Notes under the pieces: generated by a model
What the model saw: the letters and a program-made list of their open reading frames with translations, nothing else
Database searches by the model: none
Told to the model about the DNA's origin: nothing
Program-made: the position numbers and the translations under genes
From: Desulfobacterales bacterium
GTDB lineage: Bacteria > Desulfobacterota > Desulfobacteria > Desulfobacterales > Desulfosalsimonadaceae
Direction of reading: 5' to 3'
Length of the DNA stretch: 64,000 nucleotides
Assembly (NCBI GenBank): GCA_018335195.1
Contig: JAGXKN010000013.1
Location: 1,941-65,940, forward strand
In this document: in pieces, positions 9,945 to 18,595 of the stretch
How positions within the stretch are numbered: position 1 is the stretch's first letter
Layout: every line of letters begins with the position of its first letter

Positions 9945-10479
9945 GATCTACCCCATCTGATTGGTTGAAACCTGAAGCACTTCCGGTACTGCCGGCCGCC
10001 ATATCCGCTTTTGCCTCGCGCATGGCAGCGCGCAGAAGCTCCAGGCCTGAAATCACCCGGCTCCTGTCAGCCGGGTCCAGTTTTTCGAGAATTGTTGTCT
10101 GCATTTGTTTCTGCAATGCGTTGGCCCTCTCCACGATCCTGCGGCCTGCAGGCTTCAGCCGCAGCAGCCGCACCCTGCCGTCTGCAGGATCTGTTGCCCG
10201 CTCTATCAGGTCTTTTTCATTCATGCTATTAACAATATTGGTGACCCGGCTCTTGGCCACTTCCAGGCGTTCGGCAATGCCCTTGACCGTAAGATAGCGC
10301 TCGCTGCCGAAAAGAAGCAGACATCGGATTTCGGCACAGGGAAGGCCGAGTTCTTCGGCCTCCGCGAGATGCTTGTCTTCGCAGCACTGCCTGACATCCT
10401 CGATGAGCTCATTGAGCCTGTGGAGCTGATGGGGCGGCAAGGACTGCGCCCGGTCGTTTTTATGCGCATTTTCGTTCAT
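9937..10479 (-). CDS. MarR family transcriptional regulator
   Basis: The likely start is MNENAHKND at 10479. It has a winged-helix region (LTVKGIAERLEVAKSRVTNIVNSMNEKDLIER..DGRVRLLRLKPAG) and overlaps the FeS gene start by 8 nt. Confidence 0.8.
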   Translation of the reverse strand: MNENAHKNDRAQSLPPHQLHRLNELIEDVRQCCEDKHLAEAEELGLPCAEIRCLLLFGSERYLTVKGIAERLEVAKSRVTNIVNSMNEKDLIERATDPADGRVRLLRLKPAGRRIVERANALQKQMQTTILEKLDPADRSRVISGLELLRAAMREAKADMAAGSTGSASGFNQSDGVDHA

Positions 10480-10656
10480 AGTGTTAACTAATTTAAGCTG
10501 CGAACGTCTTCCTGTCAACAAAAAAAGGAAGGCCCCAGACCGGACTCCTGCCAGCTTGACCAGGAGCCGGGCATGGACCTGATATCCATATAAAGCCCTT
10601 GGCGGCGTGAAGGGATCCAAGCGGGAGATTTCCCACTTGAAGATCCAGTAAAAATT

Positions 10657-12534
10657 TTAAGTTTTTTGCAGAGAGGGAGGAACCGGGATATCCGCGGCAG
10701 ATGCAACGGCACGCAGCAGCTCGACCTCCCTGACTGCCACCTTGCCGTCAAAAAGAACAGACTGGCAGCAGGCGTCAAATATGGTTTTCCTGACACCGTA
10801 TGAGGCCCTGGAGAAACGATCAAAAGCGGTGTGCAGATCCTTAAGGGACAGGGTTTCCGGCATTTGCTCTTTTTTTCTTTTTATCGGCAAAACAGACAGG
10901 GCCGCATAAAAGGCCTTTTCGGCCACGGCTTTGTCCCTGTGGCCGACCCGTGCCAGGGCCGCCAAAAGTAAAACCGCGTCTTGTTCCAGCAGGGTAATTT
11001 TTTTGTAACGGACTTTGGAATCGGCCCTTTCAAAGACCGCTTCCAAACGGTGGTTTAAAACCTCCTGAAGGCAGAATTCAAAAAGGGTGATTTTACTGTC
11101 TGCCTGAACAAGCAACCGGATCTGCTCTTTGAAGACGACAAACTGCTCACGGGACATCTGGCGAAGCGTCGGGATCACGATATCGAGAAGCGGAAGGCGC
11201 AGTTCCGACTCAAGGGCCTGCACGGAATTTTCAACGAGTTCCACCTGCCTTAAAAGCTGAGACGATGACGCCCCCCTGAGGGTTTCCTTCTGCTTTTTTC
11301 TCTCCTCCGGGTCCCGGTCGAGAAGAAGAGCGCAAACAAGTGCACAGGCACCGAGAATATCTTCGGCCTCGTTCCTGATCGATTCGGGCAGGGCGGCAAG
11401 AATGGCCGCGCCGTGGGCGATGTTTTCGGGCGTGATCCTGCCGATGTTACTTCCCACCGCATCTGCGTCAATCGACATCTCGCGGCCACCTTCGGACGAA
11501 AAAAACTGCTGCGGCCCGCCGCCCGGGACAGCCGTGGGGCCCGCGTCGTCAAAATCCCCTGTAAAGCCCGGCTCGATTTTTCTGATCCGCTTGATCAGCG
11601 GCGGATGGGTGGCAAAAACCACCCCCACGGCCCTGCCGAAAAACATGTGGCAGGCCTCGCTTGCCGCCGGGGAAATGATTTTTGAACCAACGGGCAGTCC
11701 GCCGATTTTCTTCAGTGCATCTCCAATGGCGGTGCTCCGGGTATACTGGACCGCCGAGGCATCCGCCAGGTATTCCCGCTGGCGGGAAACCGCGCTTTGA
11801 ATCAGCCGTCCGAGCAAAACACCCATGTATCCGATGACGAGAAGGAAAAACGCCATGATCAGAATCCGGCCGCCCCCTCTTGCTCTTCTGCCGGACATGC
11901 GAGAAGTGGCTGCATAGCTTCGAAGGATGGAAATGCCGGCAGTGGCGATCATCATGATTCCGCCCAGAAAGCCCATCAACCTGATATTCAGGCGCATGTC
12001 TCCGTTGAGGATATGGCTGAACTCGTGGGCAATCACGCCCTGCAGTTCCTCGCGGCTCAGCCGGCTGCAGCACCCCCGGGTCACTCCGATAATGGCGTCG
12101 CTCGGGGAAAAACCGGCGGCAAAGGCATTGATGCCATTTTCATTTTCCAGGAGATATACCCACGGAACGGGCGTTCCGGAAGCAATTGCCATTTCTTCAA
12201 CCACGTTTATGAGCCTGCGCTTGTCAGGGTCGCGGGTTGAAGGGCTAATCAGCTTGCCGCCCAGGTCTTCGGCCACATAATCGCCGCCCCTGGAAAGCGC
12301 CGCAATTTTGCCGATGCTGCCGATGCAGATAACGCCTGCGGCCACACCCGCGATGATAAGGAACAATTTGAGATGGAAAAACCCGGAATGCGAATAAGCC
12401 GGGTTAAACAGAAACAAAACCGCCATGGCCGCAGCATAAACCGCTACGATGACAAAAATCACGGCAAGAATAAAAACCAAAACCAGCAGCCAGGTTCTTG
12501 ACCTTGCCTTGTCCTGTTGTACAAAAAAGTCCAT
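10657..12534 (-). CDS. M48 family metallopeptidase with N-terminal TM segments and a long C-terminal domain
   Basis: HExxH motif in VIAHEFSHILNGD. It lies downstream of a LemA gene, which is a common pairing. Confidence 0.8.
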   Translation of the reverse strand: MDFFVQQDKARSRTWLLVLVFILAVIFVIVAVYAAAMAVLFLFNPAYSHSGFFHLKLFLIIAGVAAGVICIGSIGKIAALSRGGDYVAEDLGGKLISPSTRDPDKRRLINVVEEMAIASGTPVPWVYLLENENGINAFAAGFSPSDAIIGVTRGCCSRLSREELQGVIAHEFSHILNGDMRLNIRLMGFLGGIMMIATAGISILRSYAATSRMSGRRARGGGRILIMAFFLLVIGYMGVLLGRLIQSAVSRQREYLADASAVQYTRSTAIGDALKKIGGLPVGSKIISPAASEACHMFFGRAVGVVFATHPPLIKRIRKIEPGFTGDFDDAGPTAVPGGGPQQFFSSEGGREMSIDADAVGSNIGRITPENIAHGAAILAALPESIRNEAEDILGACALVCALLLDRDPEERKKQKETLRGASSSQLLRQVELVENSVQALESELRLPLLDIVIPTLRQMSREQFVVFKEQIRLLVQADSKITLFEFCLQEVLNHRLEAVFERADSKVRYKKITLLEQDAVLLLAALARVGHRDKAVAEKAFYAALSVLPIKRKKEQMPETLSLKDLHTAFDRFSRASYGVRKTIFDACCQSVLFDGKVAVREVELLRAVASAADIPVPPSLQKT

Positions 12535-12590
12535 ATGCGCATCCGGCTTGGAAAAATTTGGTTATTATTCCGGGCCGCGGCCGGCCCGGT

Positions 12591-13181
12591 TCAGAAAGAC
12601 ACGCTTGGCGTTTTTCTTTCTTCCGCCGTTTGCGTGGATTCCAGGAGTTCTGCCGAAGTGAAATGAAACATGCCGGCAACAATATTGTTCGGGAACTTTT
12701 CCCGCGCGATGTTGTAACGGGTGACCGCGTCGTTGAAGGCCTGCCTGGCAAAAGCGATCCGGTTTTCAGTGGAGGTCAGTTCTTCCTGCAGGGCCAGCAT
12801 GTTTTCGTTGGCCTTCAAATCCGGATAGTTTTCAGAAAGGGCGAAAATCCGGCCCAGCGCGCCGGTAAGCGCTCCCTCGGCACCGGACAAGGCCTGCATG
12901 GCAGACGGATCCCCGGGAGCCCGGGCCGCCTCGTCGCTGGCGTTCAATGCGCTGTTCCTGGCCCGGATAACGGCTTCGAGCGCTTCGCGCTCGTGCTTCA
13001 TATACCCCTTTGCCGTTTCCACAAGATTGGGGATCAGGTCGTATCGCCGCTTCAGCTGGACATCTATCTGGGAAAACGCATTTTGAAAACGATTCCTCAG
13101 GGTCACCATGTTGTTGTAAAGACCGACGGTAACAATGATGAGCAAAACGATAATGCCCAGAAAGACAAGGGTGGAAACCAT
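12591..13181 (-). CDS. LemA family protein
   Basis: An N-terminal TM segment followed by LemA motifs (YNNMVTLRNRFQNAFSQIDVQLKRRYDLIPNLVE). Confidence 0.85.
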   Translation of the reverse strand: MVSTLVFLGIIVLLIIVTVGLYNNMVTLRNRFQNAFSQIDVQLKRRYDLIPNLVETAKGYMKHEREALEAVIRARNSALNASDEAARAPGDPSAMQALSGAEGALTGALGRIFALSENYPDLKANENMLALQEELTSTENRIAFARQAFNDAVTRYNIAREKFPNNIVAGMFHFTSAELLESTQTAEERKTPSVSF

Positions 13182-13655
13182 GGCGCCTCCATATACGATG
13201 TTATGATTTCAATGCAAAAAATCCTTCGGCAGGCCAAAAACCAAGGAGCCGTCAGCAAAACCCTTCAGCTGCACGGGCTGCCGATGGGCAAACAGAATCG
13301 AAAGGATGACAATTGCCGCCGGGGGCGTCCGGCAACAAACGATCATTGCCGGAGCCAAAGCGCCAAAATATAAAAACACCCTTTTGTCTCTTTACCATAA
13401 AATCGCCAAAAAAGTACAGGCCTGGGGAAGGGTCAAGGTCTGTTTACGAAAACTCTTGACAGCTTTTTGTTGTCCCAAGTAAATATAAAGAAGATAAAGC
13501 CAAACTATTCGCAAGAATAGGACGGAAAGTCACGGATCTTGTGTTTATTAGAGACAGCCGGACTGCCAGTTCACACACGATGGCGGTCCGACTGTTTTTT
13601 GGGGGGGAGAAGCGGAATTCAGGTTACAAGGCCCCGTTTTGAAAGTGAACAAATC

Positions 13656-14288
13656 ATGGCTTGGGCGACTTTTGCACAGCTAAGACGCAAGAAACGCGAA
13701 CGGCGCAGGGAGCTGATCGCCGAGACCGCGCGGGAGCTGTTTGCTCAAAAGGCGTTCAAGGAAGTCACTGTCCGGGAAATCGCCAGAGCTGCCGGAGTCA
13801 GCGTGGGCACCATCTACAACTACTACTCAAGCGTGGGGGAACTGTTCGTCGACGTTTTTCTTGAAAACGGCCGGGAAATTATCCAACTAATGGACGAAGC
13901 GCTCGAGGACAGAAATCCGGGGGCTTTCAGGCGCGTCTGCCAAGCCTATATCCTCTACCTGAGCGGCAACATCATGTTTTTTCAGATAATGAGCCATTTC
14001 ATCATCGGCGGCGTGCTTTCTGAAGACGCCAGGCCCAAGCTCAATGAATGCATGCGCGCTGTAATAGATCGATTCGAGGAAACCGTCCGACTGGCGGGCA
14101 TCCACACGAACACCCGAATCGCCGCACATACGCTGTTTTCCGCCCTAAACGGGATCATGATCAGCTATATCCGGAATCCGGACGGAATTTCCGACGAGCT
14201 CAAGCAGCACACATTCCGCCTCACAGATAAGATGACTTCGATTTTTGAGTCATGGAACGCCCCGGCAGGCCCCACCCAGGTCAAATAA
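13656..14288 (+). CDS. TetR/AcrR family transcriptional regulator
   Basis: The start is MAWATFAQLRRKKRERRRE. The HTH is FKEVTVREIARAAGVSVGTIYNYYSS. A TTGACA-N17/18-TAAATA promoter-like pair lies at 13456-13485. Confidence 0.8.
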   Translation: MAWATFAQLRRKKRERRRELIAETARELFAQKAFKEVTVREIARAAGVSVGTIYNYYSSVGELFVDVFLENGREIIQLMDEALEDRNPGAFRRVCQAYILYLSGNIMFFQIMSHFIIGGVLSEDARPKLNECMRAVIDRFEETVRLAGIHTNTRIAAHTLFSALNGIMISYIRNPDGISDELKQHTFRLTDKMTSIFESWNAPAGPTQVK

Positions 14289-14342
14289 CCCCGCCCGGCT
14301 TGGGGGGTCTGATTCCTTGCCGCTTCTCTGCGCGATCGGCCC

Positions 14343-15266
14343 TTAATCGCGAAGATTGCGCTCAAAAAAGGCAAGGACCCGGTCTTTGAAAGCCTGCGGA
14401 TGATGAGAAAATGCCTGCACGTGTCCGGCGCCGGGAACCCGCCAGAGATCCTTGGGCCCCGGGGCCAGGGAATGAAGCAGCTCGGCGTTGCCGGGGCAAA
14501 TAACCTGATCACGGGTGCCGTGGATAAAAAGAACCGGCTTTTCCAGGTCCCGGATTTTTCCTGTCAGGTCAAGTTCTTCGAATACGTCCACTTCCAGCAT
14601 CCGTTCGGCCTGGATTCTGAAAACCGGGAGCACGGATTTGAAAAGGAGCTTCCGGATGCCGCTCATGGAGCCGGCCGCGGCCCTATCGAGGCTGGCAAAA
14701 GCGCTGTCTGCAACCACGGCCTTGATCCGCGGCTCCTCCAGGGCCGCCAGGAGGGCTGCCGTGCCGCCGGCTGAAAAGCCGAGTATGCCGACATGCCCGA
14801 TCCGGTGCGCGGCCTCCAGGTACATTGCAGCCCGGATCATGTCCCGGCTTTCGAAATACCCGAAGGCGTATTTCTCGCCCTGGCTCAGGCCGGTGCCGCG
14901 CGGATCAAAAAGCAGGACACTGTAGCCGGCCCGGTAAAGAAAAGGCGCATACGAAAGCACATCCCACCGGTTGGCGCCCTTGCCCGGGCCCAGCACAACG
15001 CAGCTCTCGGTATTGCCCCGGATGAACCACCCCCGGATGCGCAACCCGGATGCGCTTTTGAATTCGACATCCGTGTAGGGCAGGCCCAGGTCAGCGGGTG
15101 TGGCCGAACCGATCCGGTCTCCGGCGGTCGGGCGGATGAGGTCTTCAAGGGTGGCTCTGATCGTGTACAGGGTGACCGCACTTGCCGCCAGAAGAAGGAT
15201 GACGGCCGAAAGACACCCGAATAAAAACTTTTTTCTGCGAAAAAACAAAGTGTTCATGATGCGCAC
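14343..15266 (-). CDS. alpha/beta hydrolase with an N-terminal membrane anchor
   Basis: Nucleophile elbow GFSAGG, then a later Asp/His region (IHGTRDQV, GAGHVQ). Confidence 0.8.
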   Translation of the reverse strand: MRIMNTLFFRRKKFLFGCLSAVILLLAASAVTLYTIRATLEDLIRPTAGDRIGSATPADLGLPYTDVEFKSASGLRIRGWFIRGNTESCVVLGPGKGANRWDVLSYAPFLYRAGYSVLLFDPRGTGLSQGEKYAFGYFESRDMIRAAMYLEAAHRIGHVGILGFSAGGTAALLAALEEPRIKAVVADSAFASLDRAAAGSMSGIRKLLFKSVLPVFRIQAERMLEVDVFEELDLTGKIRDLEKPVLFIHGTRDQVICPGNAELLHSLAPGPKDLWRVPGAGHVQAFSHHPQAFKDRVLAFFERNLRD

Positions 15267-15393
15267 GTCAAAAAGCCAGGCTTTTAGGTGATCGGTTGAA
15301 CGATTGCCGCTGTCCTGTTATCTTTTATTTACCGGACCCAAAAGGGTGGCGCAAGGCCATCCGGACAAAATATCAAATAAAGGAGATTGAGCG

Positions 15394-15951
15394 ATGAACA
15401 GATGCATTGCCATTTTTCTTTCACTGATTGTTACTCTTTGTCTCACCCTGGGCGCCGCCCCGGCAAGCTTTGCGCAAAGCCGCGCCTTTCAGGCAAGCGT
15501 GACACCGGATATCGCCATACACGACAGCGATGTCATGATCCGGGGCCTGGCCCTGAGCATCTGGGGGGAAAACCCGCAAAAAGGTGCTGCACTGGGTTTC
15601 GTGAACGGAAGTTCCGGAGACAGTGCCGGTTTCAGTTGGGGCCTGCTCAACTACGCCGACAATTACAAGGGCGTCCACTGGGCGGGCGTGAACTACACGA
15701 CAGGAAATTTTCTCGGCTGGCAGAGCGGATTCATAAACTATACCGACCAGCGCCTCAAGGGCGTACAAACCGGCTGGGTAAACTATGCCCGGCAATTCAA
15801 GGGCATCCAGCTCGGACTGGTAAATTTTGCTGAAACCGCAAACGCCGGTATCCAGGTGGGCATTGCAAACGTGATTACGGAAAACCGGTGGTTCAAGGAT
15901 TTTCCGGACTCCGTGGCCCCGGGTATGGTTTTTGTAAACTGGCGGTTTTAA
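15394..15951 (+). CDS. secreted repeat protein (GxxxGxVNY-type ~18-aa repeats)
   Basis: A signal peptide ending ASFAQS. The reiterated motif is G(V/I)xxG(W/L/F)(V/I)N(Y/F)(A/T), as in WAGVNYT, SGFINYT, TGWVNYA, LGLVNFA. Confidence 0.6.
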   Translation: MNRCIAIFLSLIVTLCLTLGAAPASFAQSRAFQASVTPDIAIHDSDVMIRGLALSIWGENPQKGAALGFVNGSSGDSAGFSWGLLNYADNYKGVHWAGVNYTTGNFLGWQSGFINYTDQRLKGVQTGWVNYARQFKGIQLGLVNFAETANAGIQVGIANVITENRWFKDFPDSVAPGMVFVNWRF

Positions 15952-16063
15952 CCTGTATATCCGATGCGAAAAGCCGGGGCATGGCTGGAAGCCATCTCCG
16001 GTTTTTCACACTGGTTCGCCCGGGAAATTGCGCCATCGAAGAAGCCTGGGACAAGGAACTCCC

Positions 16064-16537
16064 TCAGTTTTTGAAAACCGGGCCGTTCGGGCCCAGGTGA
16101 CAGGAATAACACCCGAACCCGTTGCGGGTGACGACGCTGAAGGGCTTGAGCCCGAGGGCCTCTGCCATCATGGGCACCAGCCGATCCAGCTTCAGCCGGG
16201 TTGTTTCCGGATGCTTTGCAAACTCGGGGCCCAGCAGTAATTTCCCGCTGAGTCTGGGGAGATCGGCCGTGGGCATCTCGAAATTCCCGGGCGCATGACA
16301 CAGGCTGCAATCAACCTCTGCAAAACGCTCCGGACGCCAACTGCCGAAAAGGGCGGCGGCCCGCGGCAGGACTTCCTTGCGCATATGCACTTTGCGCTGT
16401 GCAAAATCCATTTCGGTCCAGGTCAACCGCGTTCCCTCAGGACCCACAGGCCCCACTGCCTTGGGATAGCAGCCCCAGCAGATCATCAGTAGACCCGCGA
16501 CTGCGAAGATGCATTTGATATATCCATGGGAATCGAT
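16064..16537 (-). CDS. c-type cytochrome with two CXXCH motifs; the start codon is uncertain
   Basis: Haem-binding motifs CSLCH and CYSCH. The first ATG is at 16486, but the hydrophobic signal-like segment is encoded upstream of it (see findings). Confidence 0.6.
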   Translation of the reverse strand: MDSHGYIKCIFAVAGLLMICWGCYPKAVGPVGPEGTRLTWTEMDFAQRKVHMRKEVLPRAAALFGSWRPERFAEVDCSLCHAPGNFEMPTADLPRLSGKLLLGPEFAKHPETTRLKLDRLVPMMAEALGLKPFSVVTRNGFGCYSCHLGPNGPVFKN

Positions 16538-16570
16538 AACCCTGCTCCTTTCGAACCTGCAGCTGAATCC

Positions 16571-17110
16571 CTATCCGCGGCCGCCACCGCCGCCACCTCT
16601 TCCGCGGCCGCCCTGGCCCGGACCCTTGCCCTTGGCACCGCCGCCAAGACCCTGACCGCCCTGACTCCGCCCCCGACCCCGGGCGCCGCCGCCCATGCCC
16701 TGACCGCCCTGATCCGGGCCGCGGCCGCCGCCCCCGCCGCCCATGCCCTCGGCTGCGCCGGGCTGACCGGTTGCTGTTGATATCGGTGACAGCTCATTGC
16801 GCTGAAAGGCATCAATGGCCTCCTGCACCGTAGCGGCCGAACTGGCATAGAGCTGGATCCGGCTCTGGCTCAAGGCTTGCAGGGCCTTAGGCCCGATACG
16901 CCCGGAAATCAGAACGTCCACGCCTGCCCCGCTGACCATTTGAGCGGTTTGAATGCCCGCCCCCTGGGCTAGGTCCTGCTGCTGGGAATTGTCCAGAAAT
17001 GAACTGCTCCGGGTGTCTGTATCAAAGACCACAAAACCGGCGCACCGGCCAAAGCTGGACTCCAATGGATCCTGCAGGGATTGCCCCCTGGCACTGACTG
17101 CGATCTTCAT
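16571..17110 (-). CDS. NifX/NifB-type (dinitrogenase FeMo-cofactor biosynthesis domain) protein with a Gly/Arg-rich tail
   Basis: The start MKIAVSARGQ is preceded by AAAGGAGG. The domain pattern is FGRCAGFVVFD...GAGVDVLISGRIGPKA. The C-terminal 65 aa contain 37 Gly. Confidence 0.75.
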   Translation of the reverse strand: MKIAVSARGQSLQDPLESSFGRCAGFVVFDTDTRSSSFLDNSQQQDLAQGAGIQTAQMVSGAGVDVLISGRIGPKALQALSQSRIQLYASSAATVQEAIDAFQRNELSPISTATGQPGAAEGMGGGGGGRGPDQGGQGMGGGARGRGRSQGGQGLGGGAKGKGPGQGGRGRGGGGGGRG

Positions 17111-17222
17111 GACCGTACCTCCTTTGAAAGGAAAATGGGATATTAAAAACAAAAATACGTTATGGATATCCGCGCGTCCAATGAAAAATTCGCATACGGA
17201 TACCGGTATGGCCGATACCGTT

Positions 17223-17602
17223 TCACGGCAGCGTCTCGGGCACGTAACCCTCGGGCAGATGCGCGGAGCCCTTGACGCAGGGAGACCCCGTGGCCTCGTG
17301 CACCTTTTCCATCAAAGCGTCCACGTGGGTGCAGAATCCACCCTTGTCCATCTTCCATCCATCCTCGATTTTACCGGCAAACATGCAAGTACAGCAATGA
17401 ATGGCTTCAGCGCCCTTGGCCTTCAGAATTTTACTCAATTTCAAGACTTTGTACCCCGGGCAGCGACAGGTAACTACCCCGGCAGGCATGGCCTGATCAT
17501 ATCCGGCAAAACCTTCCGTGGTTTCGACCAGGCACTTGAAACAACTGGTTAAGGGGCACCGCTCCTGGTTTTTTCACAACTGATGATCGCGACTTTGTTC
17601 AT
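17223..17602 (-). pseudogene. CGGC domain protein interrupted by a 1-nt frame change at an A6 run
   Basis: ATG at 17602 with AAGGAG upstream gives MNKVAIISCEK, then a stop. The -1 frame continues NQERCPLTSCFKCLVETTEGFAGY...VVTCRCPGYK, which matches the track ORF 17223..17489. Confidence 0.6.
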
Positions 17603-17632
17603 TTTCACTCCTTTTCAGCAACATTGCATAAC

Positions 17633-18595
17633 TTATTGATCCGCTGCAAAGCTCAGTTTGGTGCCGGACATGTTCAATATGAACCTGTCGCCAAAGGCCG
17701 ATTCCATCCGCATCACGGCATCCCGGCCCGTACAGTGGGTGGGAATGATGTAGGCGGGATCAATCTCCTTTAACGCATCTATGGTGGGCTGAATCACGGG
17801 GGCCATATCCGGCCCGGACAGGTGGAACCCGCCCATAAGCGCATATACCTGATCCACGCCGGTGATCTTTTGGGCGTGGCGCACCGTGTTGACAATGCCC
17901 GAATGCGCACATCCGCTAAGCACCACAAGGCCCTTGCCCCTGACCACAAATGCAAGGCCGGTATCGTCTTCAAAGGTATCCTGCGCGGGCACGCCGTCCT
18001 TTTCATACCACAGCGAGGCCGCGCCTTTCTCAAATTCGGTGGTGCGCTCGATTTCGGAGAGGAAAAGCACCTGCCCGTCAAGCACGGGATACGGCTCTGC
18101 TGTGCCCACCACTTCAGCCCGGGCGGCCTCGGCTTTTTCCCGTGTAAACGGCGGGAACATGACCTTGAAGCTCTCGGTGACCTTCATATAGCGCGGATCG
18201 CGAAATGCCTCCGGGTGAAGCACCAACGGGATGCCCGGTTTTTCGATCATGCCGGAGAGCTTTTCAAGTCCGCCGATATGATCCGGATGACCATGGGAAA
18301 GCGCCATCACCTCCACCTGTTTCATATCCACGCCCAGGGCTTCGGCATTCAGGGCGGCCCCGTGCTCTGAGAAGCCGAAATCAAAAAGCATGCTTCGCGG
18401 GCTGTTATCCAATACTGTGGTAATAACAGCGGAAAACCCGTGCTCGGCCAGGATGCTGTTTTTCACCTCCACGCCCTTCAGCGGCATTGCCCGGGTGATG
18501 ATATCCGAGTTGTCTCTTGCCACGATATCGATGTAATTGTCCTGGAGGGTCAGGATTTCCACCCTGTCCACCGGTTGCATTGAAACCGTCATCAT
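17633..18595 (-). CDS. MBL-fold metallo-hydrolase
   Basis: HxHxDH motif in LSHGHPDHIGG, with later His/Asp ligands (GCAHSG). Confidence 0.8.
   Translation of the reverse strand: MMTVSMQPVDRVEILTLQDNYIDIVARDNSDIITRAMPLKGVEVKNSILAEHGFSAVITTVLDNSPRSMLFDFGFSEHGAALNAEALGVDMKQVEVMALSHGHPDHIGGLEKLSGMIEKPGIPLVLHPEAFRDPRYMKVTESFKVMFPPFTREKAEAARAEVVGTAEPYPVLDGQVLFLSEIERTTEFEKGAASLWYEKDGVPAQDTFEDDTGLAFVVRGKGLVVLSGCAHSGIVNTVRHAQKITGVDQVYALMGGFHLSGPDMAPVIQPTIDALKEIDPAYIIPTHCTGRDAVMRMESAFGDRFILNMSGTKLSFAADQ

Noticed and set aside
16526-16848. An Ala/Gly-rich repetitive DNA block was considered as a tandem repeat, a CRISPR-like array or separate ORFs (16526..16780 +, 16486..16848 -).
   Set aside because: The periodicity is explained by the in-frame Gly/Arg-rich tail of the NifX-like gene. 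There is no spacer/repeat architecture, and the alternative ORFs are frame shadows.
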